Assembly (NCBI GenBank): GCA_025201805.1
Contig: MU619293.1
Coordinates: 69,613 to 133,612 of the forward strand
Source: Parasitella parasitica NRRL 2501
Taxonomy: Eukaryota > Fungi > Mucoromycota
Direction: 5' to 3'
DNA length: 64,000 bases
Part shown: positions 1 to 12,280 of the stretch, one piece after another
Layout of the letters: each line of letters begins with the position of its first letter
Numbering within the stretch: position 1 is the first letter of the stretch
Notes under the pieces: generated by a model
Told to the model about the DNA's origin: nothing
Databases searched by the model: none
The model's input: only the letters and a program-made list of their open reading frames with translations
Position numbers and translations under genes: made by a program

Positions 1-494
1 AGGAGATCATCGTCAGCCGTGATTTTATTTGCTGAATACCTGAGTAGAGATGTGGATCTTATGCGGAATGAACCCTAATTGTATTGACACTTTAGGCCAA
101 TCAAAATCTAGTAGTGTAGTGTATATTTGACAGTTCCCCCTCTGGCATGATGACAAAAAGAATGAATGTTGACCGATAGAAGCCTATATAATTTTTAATA
201 TCATGAAATTACCTATGAAGCGTAGCTCTCAAGTCAAGCATTCATATGGGCACAGTACTTGAATGAGTGCTAGCATTGCCGAGCAGACGAGAACGTAAAT
301 CATTTGTACTCCTTTGTCCATCAGTAGAAAAAGAATAAGCTATCCTAAATGCGTACATGGAATTTCGCAATCAAGCCTATGTAATTGTTCAATGATAAGC
401 AATAAAAAAATGCATAAATACGTGGGTACGTGCACTCGACATTTCTCTCTCTTTCCCATCAAACCATCTCGACAAACCTGTATCTCCAATAACG

Positions 495-1837
495 ATGAAT
501 AATACAGCGGTTTTTGACGACTCGGTGCCAAGAGGATTTGAAAAAAAGATTCCAGCTTTAACAGCATTCTCTATCATGTTTGTCACTGTTGGATTTTCAT
601 GCTTTGTATGGCAAGTTATGGCATCAGGCTACATGTTTTATAAAGCCAGAAAGCCAGTTGTTGGCATTGTCCTTTTTCAAGCATTGGTTGGAGTAGCTGT
701 AACATTCGTAACTCTGTTATCCTCGTTAACAACAGTTGATTGCACCTTTGTAAGCTTGAATCAAACAAGAATCGAAGAAATCATTAAACATTTCATTTCT
801 GTAGCTTCTTTTGTTCTCTGTGGTTGGCGTTAATGTAGCTGATATATGTTTGCAGTTTGTGTTGCTTTGGAAGGCTTTTCTTGGGAATAATCGATCCAAA
901 ATTATCCTGTGTGTTGGATCTATACCACTTTTACTTATTGCAGCCTTTATTATTATCAACATGACGTTTGGCAGATCACTCACAGAGCATGGCATTGGCA
1001 TTTGCAACTTTGAATATCGTAAGCTTTTTTNNNNNNNNNNNNNNNNNNNNNNNNNNNNNNNNNNNNNNNNNNNNNNNNNNNNNNNNNNNNNNNNNNNNNN
1101 NNNNNNNNNNNNNNNNNNNNNNNNNNNNNNNNNNNNNNNNNNNNNNNNNNNNNNNNNNNNNNNNNNNNNNNNNNNNNNNNNNNNNNNNNNNNNNNNNNNN
1201 NNNNNNNNNNNNNNNNNNNNNNNNNNNNNNNNNNNNNNNNNNNNNNNNNNNNNNNNNNNNNNNNNNNNNNNNNNNNNNNNNNNNNNNNNNNNNNNNNNNN
1301 NNNNNNNNNNTTTTTCAACAGATAAATCGCTTTTACTTACTTAATCATTGTTTGCTTGTTAGCTTTGGCGTATGCTTGTCCAATATTATAACTGGCATAT
1401 TGTTGGCAAAAAATGTGTTTGGTGGCAGCACGCCCATTCTGTATACAATTGACTGTAAGTTGCACCTTCTTTTTTGTATCGAATTATACTAAATTCTCTA
1501 CGTAATAGGGTACCTTGCTTCGTATCTTATCATTAAGCAGCTCAGCGATCGCCACAATAATGCTGCTCTGAAGAAAAAGAAGGAAGATGAAGAAGAAGAC
1601 GATGATGACAATAATTCTAGCATAGTATCCAAATCTTATCAAGAGGGCGAAGAAGAGCACGTATCTGCTCAAGATACGAGTGTACATCATGCCAAAGAGC
1701 GAGACACATACTATCAATCAGCTGACAGCACACTGTACGTCTCAAGTCAAGTTACTGCCACCCATCCTTCTATGCTTGATGGTGACGAAGGAAAATTGCA
1801 TTCTTTGCCACTTTCGTCCCCACAATATGAAAAGTAA
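495..1837 (+). CDS. Multi-pass membrane protein, orphan 7TM/GPCR-like; part of the gene lies in the N gap
   Basis: Exons approx. 495-749, 805-1018, [gap], 1363-1454, 1509-1837 with GT-AG junctions. Successive hydrophobic helices, Cys after TM2 (VDCTF) and in a later loop (GICNF), last helix YTIDWYLASYLII, then an acidic Ser/Thr-rich tail. Confidence 0.6.
1031..1310. other. Assembly gap (N run)
   Basis: Run of n flanked by T homopolymers. Confidence 0.99.
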
Positions 1838-1983
1838 TAGCAGGTACATTTTCATTATTCCAAAGTGCTCGACTGTGCGCAACTTACATTATAACTTTAA
1901 TCCGGCTATTATCGTACTCTCTCTACTGTTATTATCAAATAAAGCTTTTTAATTTGCATCTCAATACTTTGACACGTTTAAAG

Positions 1984-2549
1984 TTATCAGATTTCGTTTC
2001 AGAATTATGGCATCAGAACAAATAGTTACACGAACCGAATGTTTTGCGCCCACACCACCGATATCAATTTACAACCAACTATTTTGTGAATTTATAAGCA
2101 TACTGAAAAGGTGAAAAAAGAAATCGTCAGAATCGGGATAGACTAGGGACTTTTGATTAATGCATTTTATCGAAACAACGTCTGGTTTTAGAGTTGTAAT
2201 GTAACACTGAGAGCATGTACTGTATTTTTTTTTGTCTTATAATCGACAAACTAATCTGTACAGAAAATTGTGCCTTTTCTTTCGAGTATACCTTCAGACG
2301 ATTATATATTATTGGCGCCGGTTTCCATGCATGACATGTGTACTCGCAAGCTTATTGTTTCATTATCAGATTTAATCTGGCAAGATGATCAAAAATCAAA
2401 AATCAAACTATAAACTATGGCCAAAAGATGAACCTCGGTACAGTATAATGGCATTAAAGAGAAAGTAACACATGTGTGCCGAGTTGTGTTTGATTTGCGC
2501 TGTCGCCTGTGTCAAATCGTGTTTGATTCAAGGGATTTGATTATCAGAT
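1984..2549 (-). promoter_or_regulatory. Three ATCTGATAA boxes (SreA/Fep1-type iron-responsive GATA sites) upstream of mitoferrin
   Basis: TTATCAGAT at 1984-1992, 2363-2371 and 2541-2549; reverse complement equals the ATCWGATAA consensus. Confidence 0.65.
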
Positions 2550-2662
2550 CTCGCAGACTTTTGAAGCGGCCAATTACAACTAGGCTTTTCCCCCCCCACC
2601 CAAAGGGAAACAGGGAACCCTGTTTTTTTAATCCTCTTTCTTTCTCCATCACACAAAAAGAA

Positions 2663-3712
2663 ATGCACCACCCCGAAGAAGAAGAAGATTACGATTATGA
2701 GTCACTAGGAAGCAATACTACCATGCTGCAGAATGCATTTGCAGGCGCCTTGGCTGGCATTGCCGAACACTGTGCCATGTATCCTGTGGATAGTATCAAG
2801 GTAAATTTATTGAATGGAGGGTAATTACGATATCTAAGACATGTGCACCACAGACGAGAATGCAAGTTATATCATCAAATACCAAGATTATCCAACAGCA
2901 GCCTCCAGTAACGCTTCGAAATTTATGGAAGGGTGTGAATTCAGTTGTATTGGGAGCAGGCCCAGCACATGCTCTGCATTTTGCAACGTATGAATTTTGC
3001 AAAGACTATTTTGGTGCTAATTCGAGTGGTCATCATCCTCTTGCTTCAGCTACTGCTGGTGCTTGTGCAACATTAGCTCATGATTCTCTTATGAATCCAT
3101 TTGATGGTAAAGTATACATGTTACATTGTCAGAGATGACCTCCCTCTGAATATCGGTCTTTTATTATTATTATTAGTTGTCAAGCAGCGAATGCAGCTGC
3201 GTGATTCAACGTATAAATCTATCCGGGAATGCGCTCGTAATGTGTATACCAAAGAGGGCATTGCAGCATTCTACATATCATTACCGACGACGCTTGTCAT
3301 GTCCATTCCGTTTCAATCGATTCAATTTGCAACGTACGAATTTTTCCGAAAAGTACTTGGCTCGGAGGCCACAGGATACGACCCTAAAACACATATATTT
3401 GCTGGTGGATTAGCAGGTGCGGTTGCGTCGTCAATTACGACACCTTTGGATGTCATCAAGACCTTACTCCAAACCAGAGGCACAAGCAGCGACCCTCGCA
3501 TTAGAAACGTAACAGGATTCAGAGATGCTTCGAGTATAATCATGGAACGATACGGAGTAAAGGGATTCTTTAGAGGGTTTAGGCCCCGTGTATTGACACA
3601 TATGCCCAGTGCTGCGATTAGTTGGAGTGTCTACGAGTATATCAAATGGATAATCAACGTTCAGAGTAATTCAGACAAAAGACAGCAGAAAGAAAACTTC
3701 GTATCACTTTAA
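2663..3712 (+). CDS. MRS3: Mitochondrial iron carrier (mitoferrin, Mrs3/Mrs4 family)
   Basis: Exons 2663-2800, 2854-3106, 3176-3712. Motifs DYESL, AGIAEHCAMYPVDSIKTRMQ, GAGPAHALHFATYE, three Px[D/E]xxK carrier signatures. Confidence 0.93.
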
Positions 3713-3834
3713 TACTGTAGCTACCACTTTGCCCCGCTTAGAGATATTCTTGTATTATATAATCACTTACCCCTCTCCCTCCCCCCCCCCCTCGTTCCCT
3801 TCTCTACTACTTGAGTGTGTAAATATTTATTTAA

Positions 3835-4929
3835 CTAATGTTTATTTGAAATCCACTTGAATACACTGGAAAAATCTAATGATTCAAAATCTTTACTAGT
3901 GCATAGTTTTTGGTAAACAGTTGAAGCCATTGTCCCCAATTCAGGTCTTGTGTCGCAGCTTTCAGCAGCTTTCATGGCCAAGCGAAGATCTTTAGCCATG
4001 AGTTTGTTGCTAAATCCTCCTTGGTAGCCTTTCGATGCAGGCGCGGTAGGAATGACGCCAGGGTAAGGATTGTAAGTGTCAGAACTCCAACAGCGACCAG
4101 TCGAGTTGTTCAAAATAGAGGCCAACAGTTGAGGATCCATACCCAATTTTGTACCTAAATGCATGGCCTCCGAGACGCCAATCATGCTTATGCCTAGTAG
4201 CATGTTGTTGCATAGTTTGGCTACTTGCCCGGAGCCATTGCCACCACAGTAAATGACATTCTTTCCCATGTGCTGCAAAACAGGTCTTACTTGGTCATAC
4301 GCATCTTCAGAGGGGCTACCCACCATAAATGTCAAGGTACCAGCATCAGCGCCTAATGTGCCACCACTGACAGGAGCATCAAATGCAATGCCACCTTTCT
4401 GGGCTACTTTTTGAGCTACTTTACGCGAAACACTAGCATCTATGGTACTAGAGTCTACCAAAACACTATCCTCATCCACCGTAGGCAGCAATTGCTCATA
4501 GACAGCCTCGACATGCGTATGCTCAGGCAGCATGGTGATCACGGTAGAAGTCTTTTCGCCCAGTTCCGAAATATCACGCACTGTTAATACATTTGGGAAT
4601 TCTTGGGTGATGCGTTGGATAGCGGCTTGATTTACATCAAAGACATAGACAGGGCCAGGGCTCTTCAATGCGAGATTCTTGGCCATGCCATAGCCCATTT
4701 GACCCAAGCCCACAAGACCAACTGACGACTTTCGTTCCTGAATAAATAGCTTAGTATATAAATGACCATAGTGCGGTAGTTTGTTCTTACATTTGCTATG
4801 GATAGAATCATTAATCTTACGGAATACCCAGACTTCCATCTCTACATAATTACCTGTCGACATGAATCTCGAACCATTTTGACGACGCAGCACGTATACT
4901 AATGCTTTGCTTTTTGTGATGAATACCAT
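3835..4929 (-). CDS. HIBADH: 3-hydroxyisobutyrate dehydrogenase, mitochondrial
   Basis: GLGQMG Rossmann motif, DAPVSGG, AKLCNNMLL, STGRCWSSDTYNP. Exons 4929-4854, 4795-4791 (5-nt microexon), 4737-3835. Confidence 0.93.
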   Translation of the reverse strand: MVFITKSKALVYVLRRQNGSRFMSTGNYVEMEVWVFRKINDSIHSKCKNKLPHYGHLYTKLFIQERKSSVGLVGLGQMGYGMAKNLALKSPGPVYVFDVNQAAIQRITQEFPNVLTVRDISELGEKTSTVITMLPEHTHVEAVYEQLLPTVDEDSVLVDSSTIDASVSRKVAQKVAQKGGIAFDAPVSGGTLGADAGTLTFMVGSPSEDAYDQVRPVLQHMGKNVIYCGGNGSGQVAKLCNNMLLGISMIGVSEAMHLGTKLGMDPQLLASILNNSTGRCWSSDTYNPYPGVIPTAPASKGYQGGFSNKLMAKDLRLAMKAAESCDTRPELGTMASTVYQKLCTSKDFESLDFSSVFKWISNKH

Positions 4930-5167
4930 ACTTCTATTTTTGTTTTATTTTATATATTTTTTTTTTTGCTGAAAAAAGTAGATGCAGGAACGTAGCTCTT
5001 TTTATAGCTGTTCATTTCTGCTTATTTTTCCCACGGCCACTGCTTTACTTTCTCACTCACAGGGCTGCGTTATATCATCAAAAGTAGCTTGTTTTTCGGG
5101 TCTCCATTTAGCTCTTTCTCTTCTTCTTCTTTACCATTCTATTTCTAGCCACCATAGCATAGCCGAA

Positions 5168-5951
5168 ATGGCCGATAATTCATCTGTAGATTCAGACTCA
5201 TCCAACACCGAGCAAGAATTGATGCTCATGTTAAATACATTTATGAAGGGCAAAAAGCCGCAGCACCCTAAACTGTTGGATCCACCTGCGAGCATTGACG
5301 ACGACGCCACAGTCAATTCTTCGTCTTCATTGTCTACCTCATTCTCTACTTTGGCTATTGAAAGACAAGCTAAAAATATCCCAGATGTAATATTGATATT
5401 TGTGCGATTTTGTGTTTGTGCAATGTGTAACATGTTCTGCATTATATATACAAAGGAATTAAAGGTTCGTTCTCAAAGAGCATTGGACGAGCCTATTCAA
5501 TTGGTGTCGTCAGAAATGATTCGCTATCAAAGAAAGCACGAATTTAAAGGTAAAATAAAACATGCATATCTTGCGGATCAAACAATCAAAATCTAATGAG
5601 GGTTTCAGTAAGAGGTACTACAGGCAAGGTATAGTGTAAATATGCTGGTATTGACGTAGTAGATGCTCAAAATAACCCCAACACAGATTTACATTGTGAC
5701 AATTGGGCCTCGCTTGGAATGCAACTGTCGTGATCATCAAATCAGAAAAGGCCACTGTAAACACATATTGTTCATTTTATTGAGAGAGTTGAGAATACAA
5801 GACATGTCATCTCCCATATTCTCGACATTGTTTCCAACTGATCAAGTAGGCGTCTACTGCATTTGCGTTTGATGATGAACATAACCATACTCCTTGTAAA
5901 CATGTATAGGTATTAAAAGACATCTTTCACAATTACCACCCATCGCCCTGA
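5168..5951 (+). CDS. SWIM zinc-finger protein
   Basis: Exons approx. 5168-5386, 5456-5549, 5609-5628, 5687-5845, 5910-5951 give FKVRGTTGKIYIVTIGPRLECNCRDHQIRKGHCKHILFILL (CxC...CxH SWIM signature). Confidence 0.8.
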
Positions 5952-6203
5952 GTAAACCCACTTGTATCCCAATCAAAATGACATAGCCCACAAGCGCACA
6001 TACGTATATAGCATGCATATCCCAAATAGCAATTTATCATTCCTAATAAAGTTGTACGACACATTCATTGATTATCTCATACATGTACGGCACATCATGG
6101 CGTCAAAGTTGGAGCAAAATACATGCAAGTTTATTTGGGGTACTGTCTAGATGCTCTAATTGGTCGTCTAATGCCGGTTATTTACATTCTCTTTTAACAG
6201 ATC

Positions 6204-7691
6204 CTAAACATCAGGTCGAGGATTTAGAATGTCATTGACACTCATAACGCCATTGGAGCCTAAATTTGCTTCTGCAGGGCTTTCATCGAGAGAGGTGTCC
6301 ATAAAACTAAACACTCCTGGCATATTGTTGCTTTCTTCTGAGGGTAGAGTTGTGTCCATGGCATCCACGCTTTGGCCATCTACTTCCATCAACTCAGCTT
6401 GAGTTGTTTCGATATCATCTACTGCTCCTCTATTCAAACGACTGCTCCATCTGGTAGGTGGTGGTCTTGGTGGAGACGGAGCTCGCTTTGATCTCTGTCT
6501 TTTATGCCCGTTGGTTGAGTCTGCAACACCATCCTCGTCCTCAAAACTATCATCATCCGTTTCATTGCGCTCCTCCTCATCTATGCCGTAAATATCATCA
6601 AAATTATAATGAACTCGCTGGCTACGATTTCCTCTCGATCTCAAAGTGGGTGGGGTGATGGATACTTCAGCTGCTATCAATTTTCGCAGTTCGGCTTTTT
6701 CTTTACGTAGCTTTCTCTGCTCCTCTTTGCTGGCTATTTCATAGACTCTCTCTTGGATGACCTTAACAAGTGCCTTTTCTGCCCTGGATTTGGATCCTGA
6801 GAAACTCTCTACCAATTGCTCCAAGTCCTGTCGATTCCTACATACCGTCTCCCATTGATTTAATGCTTTTCCATTGTTAGTTTGACGCCAAATCCACGGA
6901 CAATCTGGTAAAAACAACTGTGAATATTGACGGCGCAGCTCTTTGTTTAATTCTCGCGTACCTCCAAATTGCCAATATGTACGCTTGCGTCCATCCGTGC
7001 CAACTGGATGAGCTATAATTGGATTCGTGCCTTTTTGGCCATTTTGTTGATAAAAAGTGTCTATCATAGTCTTGACGGCAGTGCTATCTTGTAATTGCCA
7101 TTCTATCATCGAGTATATTATATAAAGCTGACGATATGTTATTGAATGCGGTCGACGCGTCTTTTTCCTTTCTTTTCACAACTGTAAGGGTTTACCTTTT
7201 GATCAATGGGAAGAGTGTGATAGCCTTGTTTGAGCAGGGGATTTACTTGTAAATCCATTTCAAACACTTTGATCTTGTCTGTCAACAGCTGCTGTAGAGA
7301 CACTTTGAATGATCTACAAATAAAAAGCTCGTTAAGGTCTAAACATGTCGAAATAGATCAATGCGCATACTCTATGGGTTTGCTACGGTTAAGAATGTTT
7401 CCTAGACAGGCACAAATGATGTGATGGATCAATTCACTATCTTCTTTTTGAATTTCGTCTTCTAACTCCTGTAGCTGATGTTAGCAGTGAGACAAACAGT
7501 GCGCCATTGACAAGAGTTACTTGAGGTGTGAAATCTGGTAATTTGTGATATAAAGAAGACATATCTTGATGCTGGTTGAATGTGGCTATGAAAGCGTAGA
7601 TAAAAGCTACCTGCCATTGCTGTAAAGATGAGAATTCATAAGCATGTTTATCCGGTTTGTCTTCTTGTGCAGTGGTTGTGATATCAGTCAT
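6204..7691 (-). CDS. DDT/WHIM-domain chromatin-remodelling (ISWI-associated) protein
   Basis: Spliced product has a DDT-like N-terminus (WQVAFIYAF), WHIM1-like YHTLPIDQKLYIIYSMIEWQL, WHIM2-like PVGTDGRKRTYWQFG, WHIM3-like WETVCRNRQDLEQL, and an acidic disordered tail. Confidence 0.75.
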
Positions 7692-7902
7692 TGTCCTCTA
7701 AAAAAAAAAAAAAAAAAAAAAAAAAAGGTCCTTGGGTAAGATAGTTGGAAAAAGATTTTCTTAAGCGCCAGTTTGTTTACTGTGGTGGTGTATTGATTTG
7801 CAGAATAATTCCAACGATTGGTCCAATTGACAGGCAAGGCAGCACAGTAAAGGATGATGATAGTATGCGGTTATATTTATTTTGTGATATGATAAAAGTA
7901 TT

Positions 7903-10170
7903 CTAGTCAATTTTGACATTTTGATAGATTTTACGTACGAATTGAATCGCTGCTGCATGGCCAATAAAACCCAACATACAGAACATGCCCAGAGAGAGAA
8001 TTGCAGTGTAGCCAAAGTAAAAGCTAGTCTGGAACATCCCTGTCATCCTATCAGGAGTGTTAAATATGCAGTGATTACATACCGTCTAAATGTGTACGAC
8101 TTACTTTGTTTTCACTGTAAAGTAGTATATGGAGTAAAGGTAAACGTACCCAGCAGTAGAAGCACATGTCATAAAACTGACCCAATGCCTGTAAAATTCA
8201 TTGGTTAGATAAAAAGCACTCGCTAAGATTCAGTATCTTACCATCTGTGATCCTCGGAATTCAACAGGAAATACGTGCTCACAATAGCAACACAAGCACT
8301 TACAATCAACAGGATGATAAACACCAAAAACATAAAGCCATAAACGTAATAAATCTTGTACGTCCAGAAAGATGTAAATATAAAGTAAATCTCGATAAAT
8401 ATAGACCCAAAAGGTAAAATACCACCCAAGGCGACAATCATCAAAGGCTCAGCATACCAGACCTTCTCAGGAATGGGGCGGGGAATAGGGTTAACTCTGC
8501 AAGGGAAATCAGCTTGGCTGCCCCAGTTACGACCTACAATCGTACCCAGCAATGTCAGAGGGAAGCACAAAAACACCCACAAGGCAACAACTGAAAGCAG
8601 AGTATAAAATGAAATTGCGCGAGAACTAGAGTAGTAGATAGCGAGGATATTGATAAAGCCCCCAATCAAAGATACAGCACCAGGCCATAAACTAGCTGTC
8701 ATTACCACCGTTTTAACCCAATCTTTACCGCCATATCTCGTATAATATCTTGCACTAGTGTATCCTGCTACAAATGATGTCAATGCGTATAAAAATATAG
8801 TTGCTGTCAATATGGTGGCGCGCTCGGCGTATAAATCGCCCAAAATAGTGTACAAAATAACTACACCAAACAGAATAATGAGCTGAGAGCCAGTACCCAT
8901 CAAAGCTGACATGAGCATCAAGCGTGGAGGCTGACGAAAGACATCACCATGCACTTGTTTCCAGCCGTATTCGTCTCCCAAATCTCGGTCCTAAATTCAC
9001 ATCAACGATGCGATATTAGAAATCTAATAAATTGCCAGCAAAAAAAAGACATGGCACCTACAAAATCTGTAAGACCTTCCTCACGATCATATCTTGTAAA
9101 ATCGCGCTTCACTGTTCTTAAAAGAATGACAGAAACAAGACCAGTCAAGAAAAGGACCATCATGAAAGAGCTGAATATAGAGAGCCAGTGCACCTAAAAT
9201 ATAGCTCCATGTTGGATTCATTACAATGCCCCAAAACGTAGTATCTACTTTACTTTGTGCTCAAAGAAATCGGTCTCTAATAAACTGTCGAAACGATCAT
9301 CAAATGCGATTTCTGTAGGATTCCAATCGACAGAATAGGTAAAGCTCAATTCCAAGGACTTTTGGTTGTATTTCAACTCGACTGGGTTGGCATGCTGTAG
9401 CTTGACAGTGATGATCTATGGCCAAACAATGTTAAAAGTCGGTTGACATACTTGTAAAGGGCCAACTTACTCGATTCTTATTGTAATCAATAGTAAAGCT
9501 CTTGTGTGTATAGACGTAAAGAGGCTTGAAGTGAGGGTCCATAGGCTCATCTGCACTCTCATCTCTTCCAACCGTACCACTCACAGGTAAATCATCTATA
9601 ATTAATATCACTTATTATTGTTATATTCTACTTGTATCTCTCCATCCTTTTACCAATAAACATTGTGTACCAATACTGATTATCTACAGCATATCGTAAA
9701 ACGTCGATATCTTTGGCGTCTAGTGTCTCCTTGCAGTAAAGTTGATTCGCTTCGGTTTCTATACAAAGAATTTGAATATCTCCATTATCGTCTTCAGCAG
9801 TTCATATTATTACTTAAATAAGTGATAGGGATGCCAGAATTCACCAAATCCATGCCTTGCAAAGCCTCGCCCAAGGTTTCATGATGATGTTCCAAAGAAT
9901 GTGGACCTTGACAGAAAGGCAATTGGAAATAGGGATATGTTTCTTGTCGATTGTTCAATGGTCCCACTGTATTCATCCAAACAACCACTTCGTCGCCTTC
10001 TTTATACTAGATGCTTATCAGAAACTAAGCTTTTCAGCAAGGCGTGTTGAATTTAAACTTACCAAATGATCGTGTTCATCAGCAAACACTGTTGATAAGA
10101 ATGTAAAAACAATTAATACTGCCAATACTTTCTGTATAAATCCACCTCCTTTCTTCGTCGAATACTTCAT
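7903..10170 (-). CDS. TM9SF3: Transmembrane 9 superfamily (nonaspanin/EMP70) protein, TM9SF3-like
   Basis: Signal peptide then [61 protein letters not shown]-terminal KIYQNVKID*; multi-exon. Confidence 0.93.
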
Positions 10171-10819
10171 GTGTAAATTGTATGTTATTAAGAGAAGCAA
10201 AAAGTGAAAAGAAAGGTTAAAAGTGCATCAGTATTTCAGACGACGATTAGGCAAATTAAAATCCAGATGTTTAGGTTACTAGTTTTGAGATGAATAGATG
10301 CCTATGATGACAATTTCTGCAGTAATCATCTGGCCTACCAGGACCTGTCCAAACAAAAGGTGAATATTATTCGTCCTACATCTCTACCTGTCGATGCTTC
10401 AAACATCACGCAGAAGTTTCATAAAAGCACCATTCGTTGATGGCGATGGTGATGGTGACATGGTAGGTGGTTGTCAAAGATAAATACGATCTCTGAGAGC
10501 CGTTGTGATCTATAATTTATTCAAAAGAAACTGGTATTGGAAAAATTCATCTAAGAAGTATCAAAAACAATTTATTTTGATTGAGTAGATAAAATATAGC
10601 ACATCGTTTCAATCAAATTAAAATATTGTATTTTCAGCTAATGTCAATTTATTGAAACGAATAGTTTGTTGCGCCAGGTTTTAAGAAGGAGCACAGCAGG
10701 TGATTGTATATGATACAAAGAATATAAGAAAGTAATAAAAACTTAATTTACCAGATACAAAACTGTTGATCTATTGATTGACAAGAAACTGTCTATTTAT
10801 ATTATTAGAATAAATCTAT

Positions 10820-11120
10820 CTGAATCAATCTATAAAATACAATCAGGCCAAGTTTGACATTTAATTGTCAAACAAGATTATAACAAAGTAGTAGTCAGAA
10901 CAAGACCTATTTTTATATTCAATCAGTTAATTATTATAAATGTGAATCACTCATCGATAAGTCGAGAACCCAAATAGATAGTTTCTTATACAAGACATTC
11001 TATTGATTACTTCTATTAACTAGATAAAATAATCGATGCTGTTTAACATTAAATCCATTCAGGAACGGTTGCTATGACAACTGATTTGAAATAGTAATAA
11101 CCATGGTATTCTATGGATAC
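10820..11120 (+). repeat. Diverged dispersed repeat, copy 1 (homologous to ~62113-62423)
   Basis: Collinear shared blocks: tgaatcaatcta..acaatcag, aagacct-ttttt, tgtgaatca.tca...ataagt, tgattactt, tcagga..ggtt...atgacaac, aaccat.gtatt.tatggat. Confidence 0.75.
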
Positions 11121-11952
11121 AACAAATACATCCAAGGCCTTTCAACTTGATGGATCTTGGCTTACATTTTTAACCTTGAATAAATATCAAAGACTTATAA
11201 TTGTATATCCTTTCCGCTTTTTATTTTTTTTTATTTTTTATCGCAGTAATTATATGATCATGTGAGCGAAAAAAATATGGTGTCCGTATGAAAGCTTCCG
11301 AAGAAATGCTTATGTCATTGTCTACAGTAGTTGACTTGAAAATGTTTTTTGATACAAAAAGCTTTTCTTTACGCACTCTTCCATTAAATCCTTAGATTCA
11401 ACGACATGAACTGCCCTTGTGAACGAGCCTCTTAGTTTTTGATGAGGGGATGGGGGCCACAGGTCATTAGTTGCGTATGGTAGGAAGACAGCATCACATT
11501 CTAAGTGTGGGAGGCTACGAGCTTACACATTACGGGTTGCGTTCACTCGAATTGATATGTTTTTCTAGTTGTAGAGAATGTAAAGAAGATAAGTATTTAT
11601 TTCGGTAAACCTCCATTTTCTTTAGCATTCTTGCTCATTTAATTTATAGGGATAAAGGCAAATATGGCTCTTATATCTCCAATTATGGAAATATAAATCT
11701 TGACTAATATCGATTCACAGCTTAATAAAAATATTTATTAATACTGAGAATGATAAGTTTACAGTAGTAGGCGTTCCGTCCTGAGTATTTTTATCACACA
11801 ACAACAATAGTGGCTGACAATCACAGTTAACATTTACAGTAAATATGACTTTTAGTTGATTGTTCTGTTAATAATTGCGTTAGAATGAAGAACAAAAAAT
11901 AATCTTAAATTACGCCTTAATAATTTACATTTGAATTGAGCTCCTCATTTAT

Positions 11953-12280
11953 ATGGATTAGGATGAGTCTTTAAAGTGCAGTTATTTAGTGAAAAATAAT
12001 GCTAGTATCCATAAGATGAAATCGATGGTTCGAAAAATCGAAGCTAAAGGTTATTGAGTAATGTATCTCCCCCCCCCCTTTTCGCTTAAGCTAAATCCTA
12101 TTGAGCAGTTCTAGGCCTTAGTGAAAGGAAAAATGAAGCTCCATCGCTTAATGAATGGAGAGACGTTAACTTCTAAAATTAGTGATGCATGTAATAACAT
12201 TCGTTTTAGAGATATTTATGGCTTTTGCCTCCATTCCAAACGTCAAATTATAAACTGCTTTAAACGAACTCCATTCTTAG
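11953..12280 (+). mobile_element. Degenerate Tc1/IS630-family DDE transposase C-terminal fragment
   Basis: Translates with stops and a frameshift to YLVKNNASIH..IEAKGY*VMYLPP/FSLKLNPIEQF*ALVKGKMK, matching the MDNAxIH...YLPPYSPELNPIExxW signature. Confidence 0.85.

Noticed and set aside
811-1492. Long ORFs crossing N runs (also 25348-26187 and 39228-39526)
   Set aside because: Artefacts of assembly gaps and homopolymers
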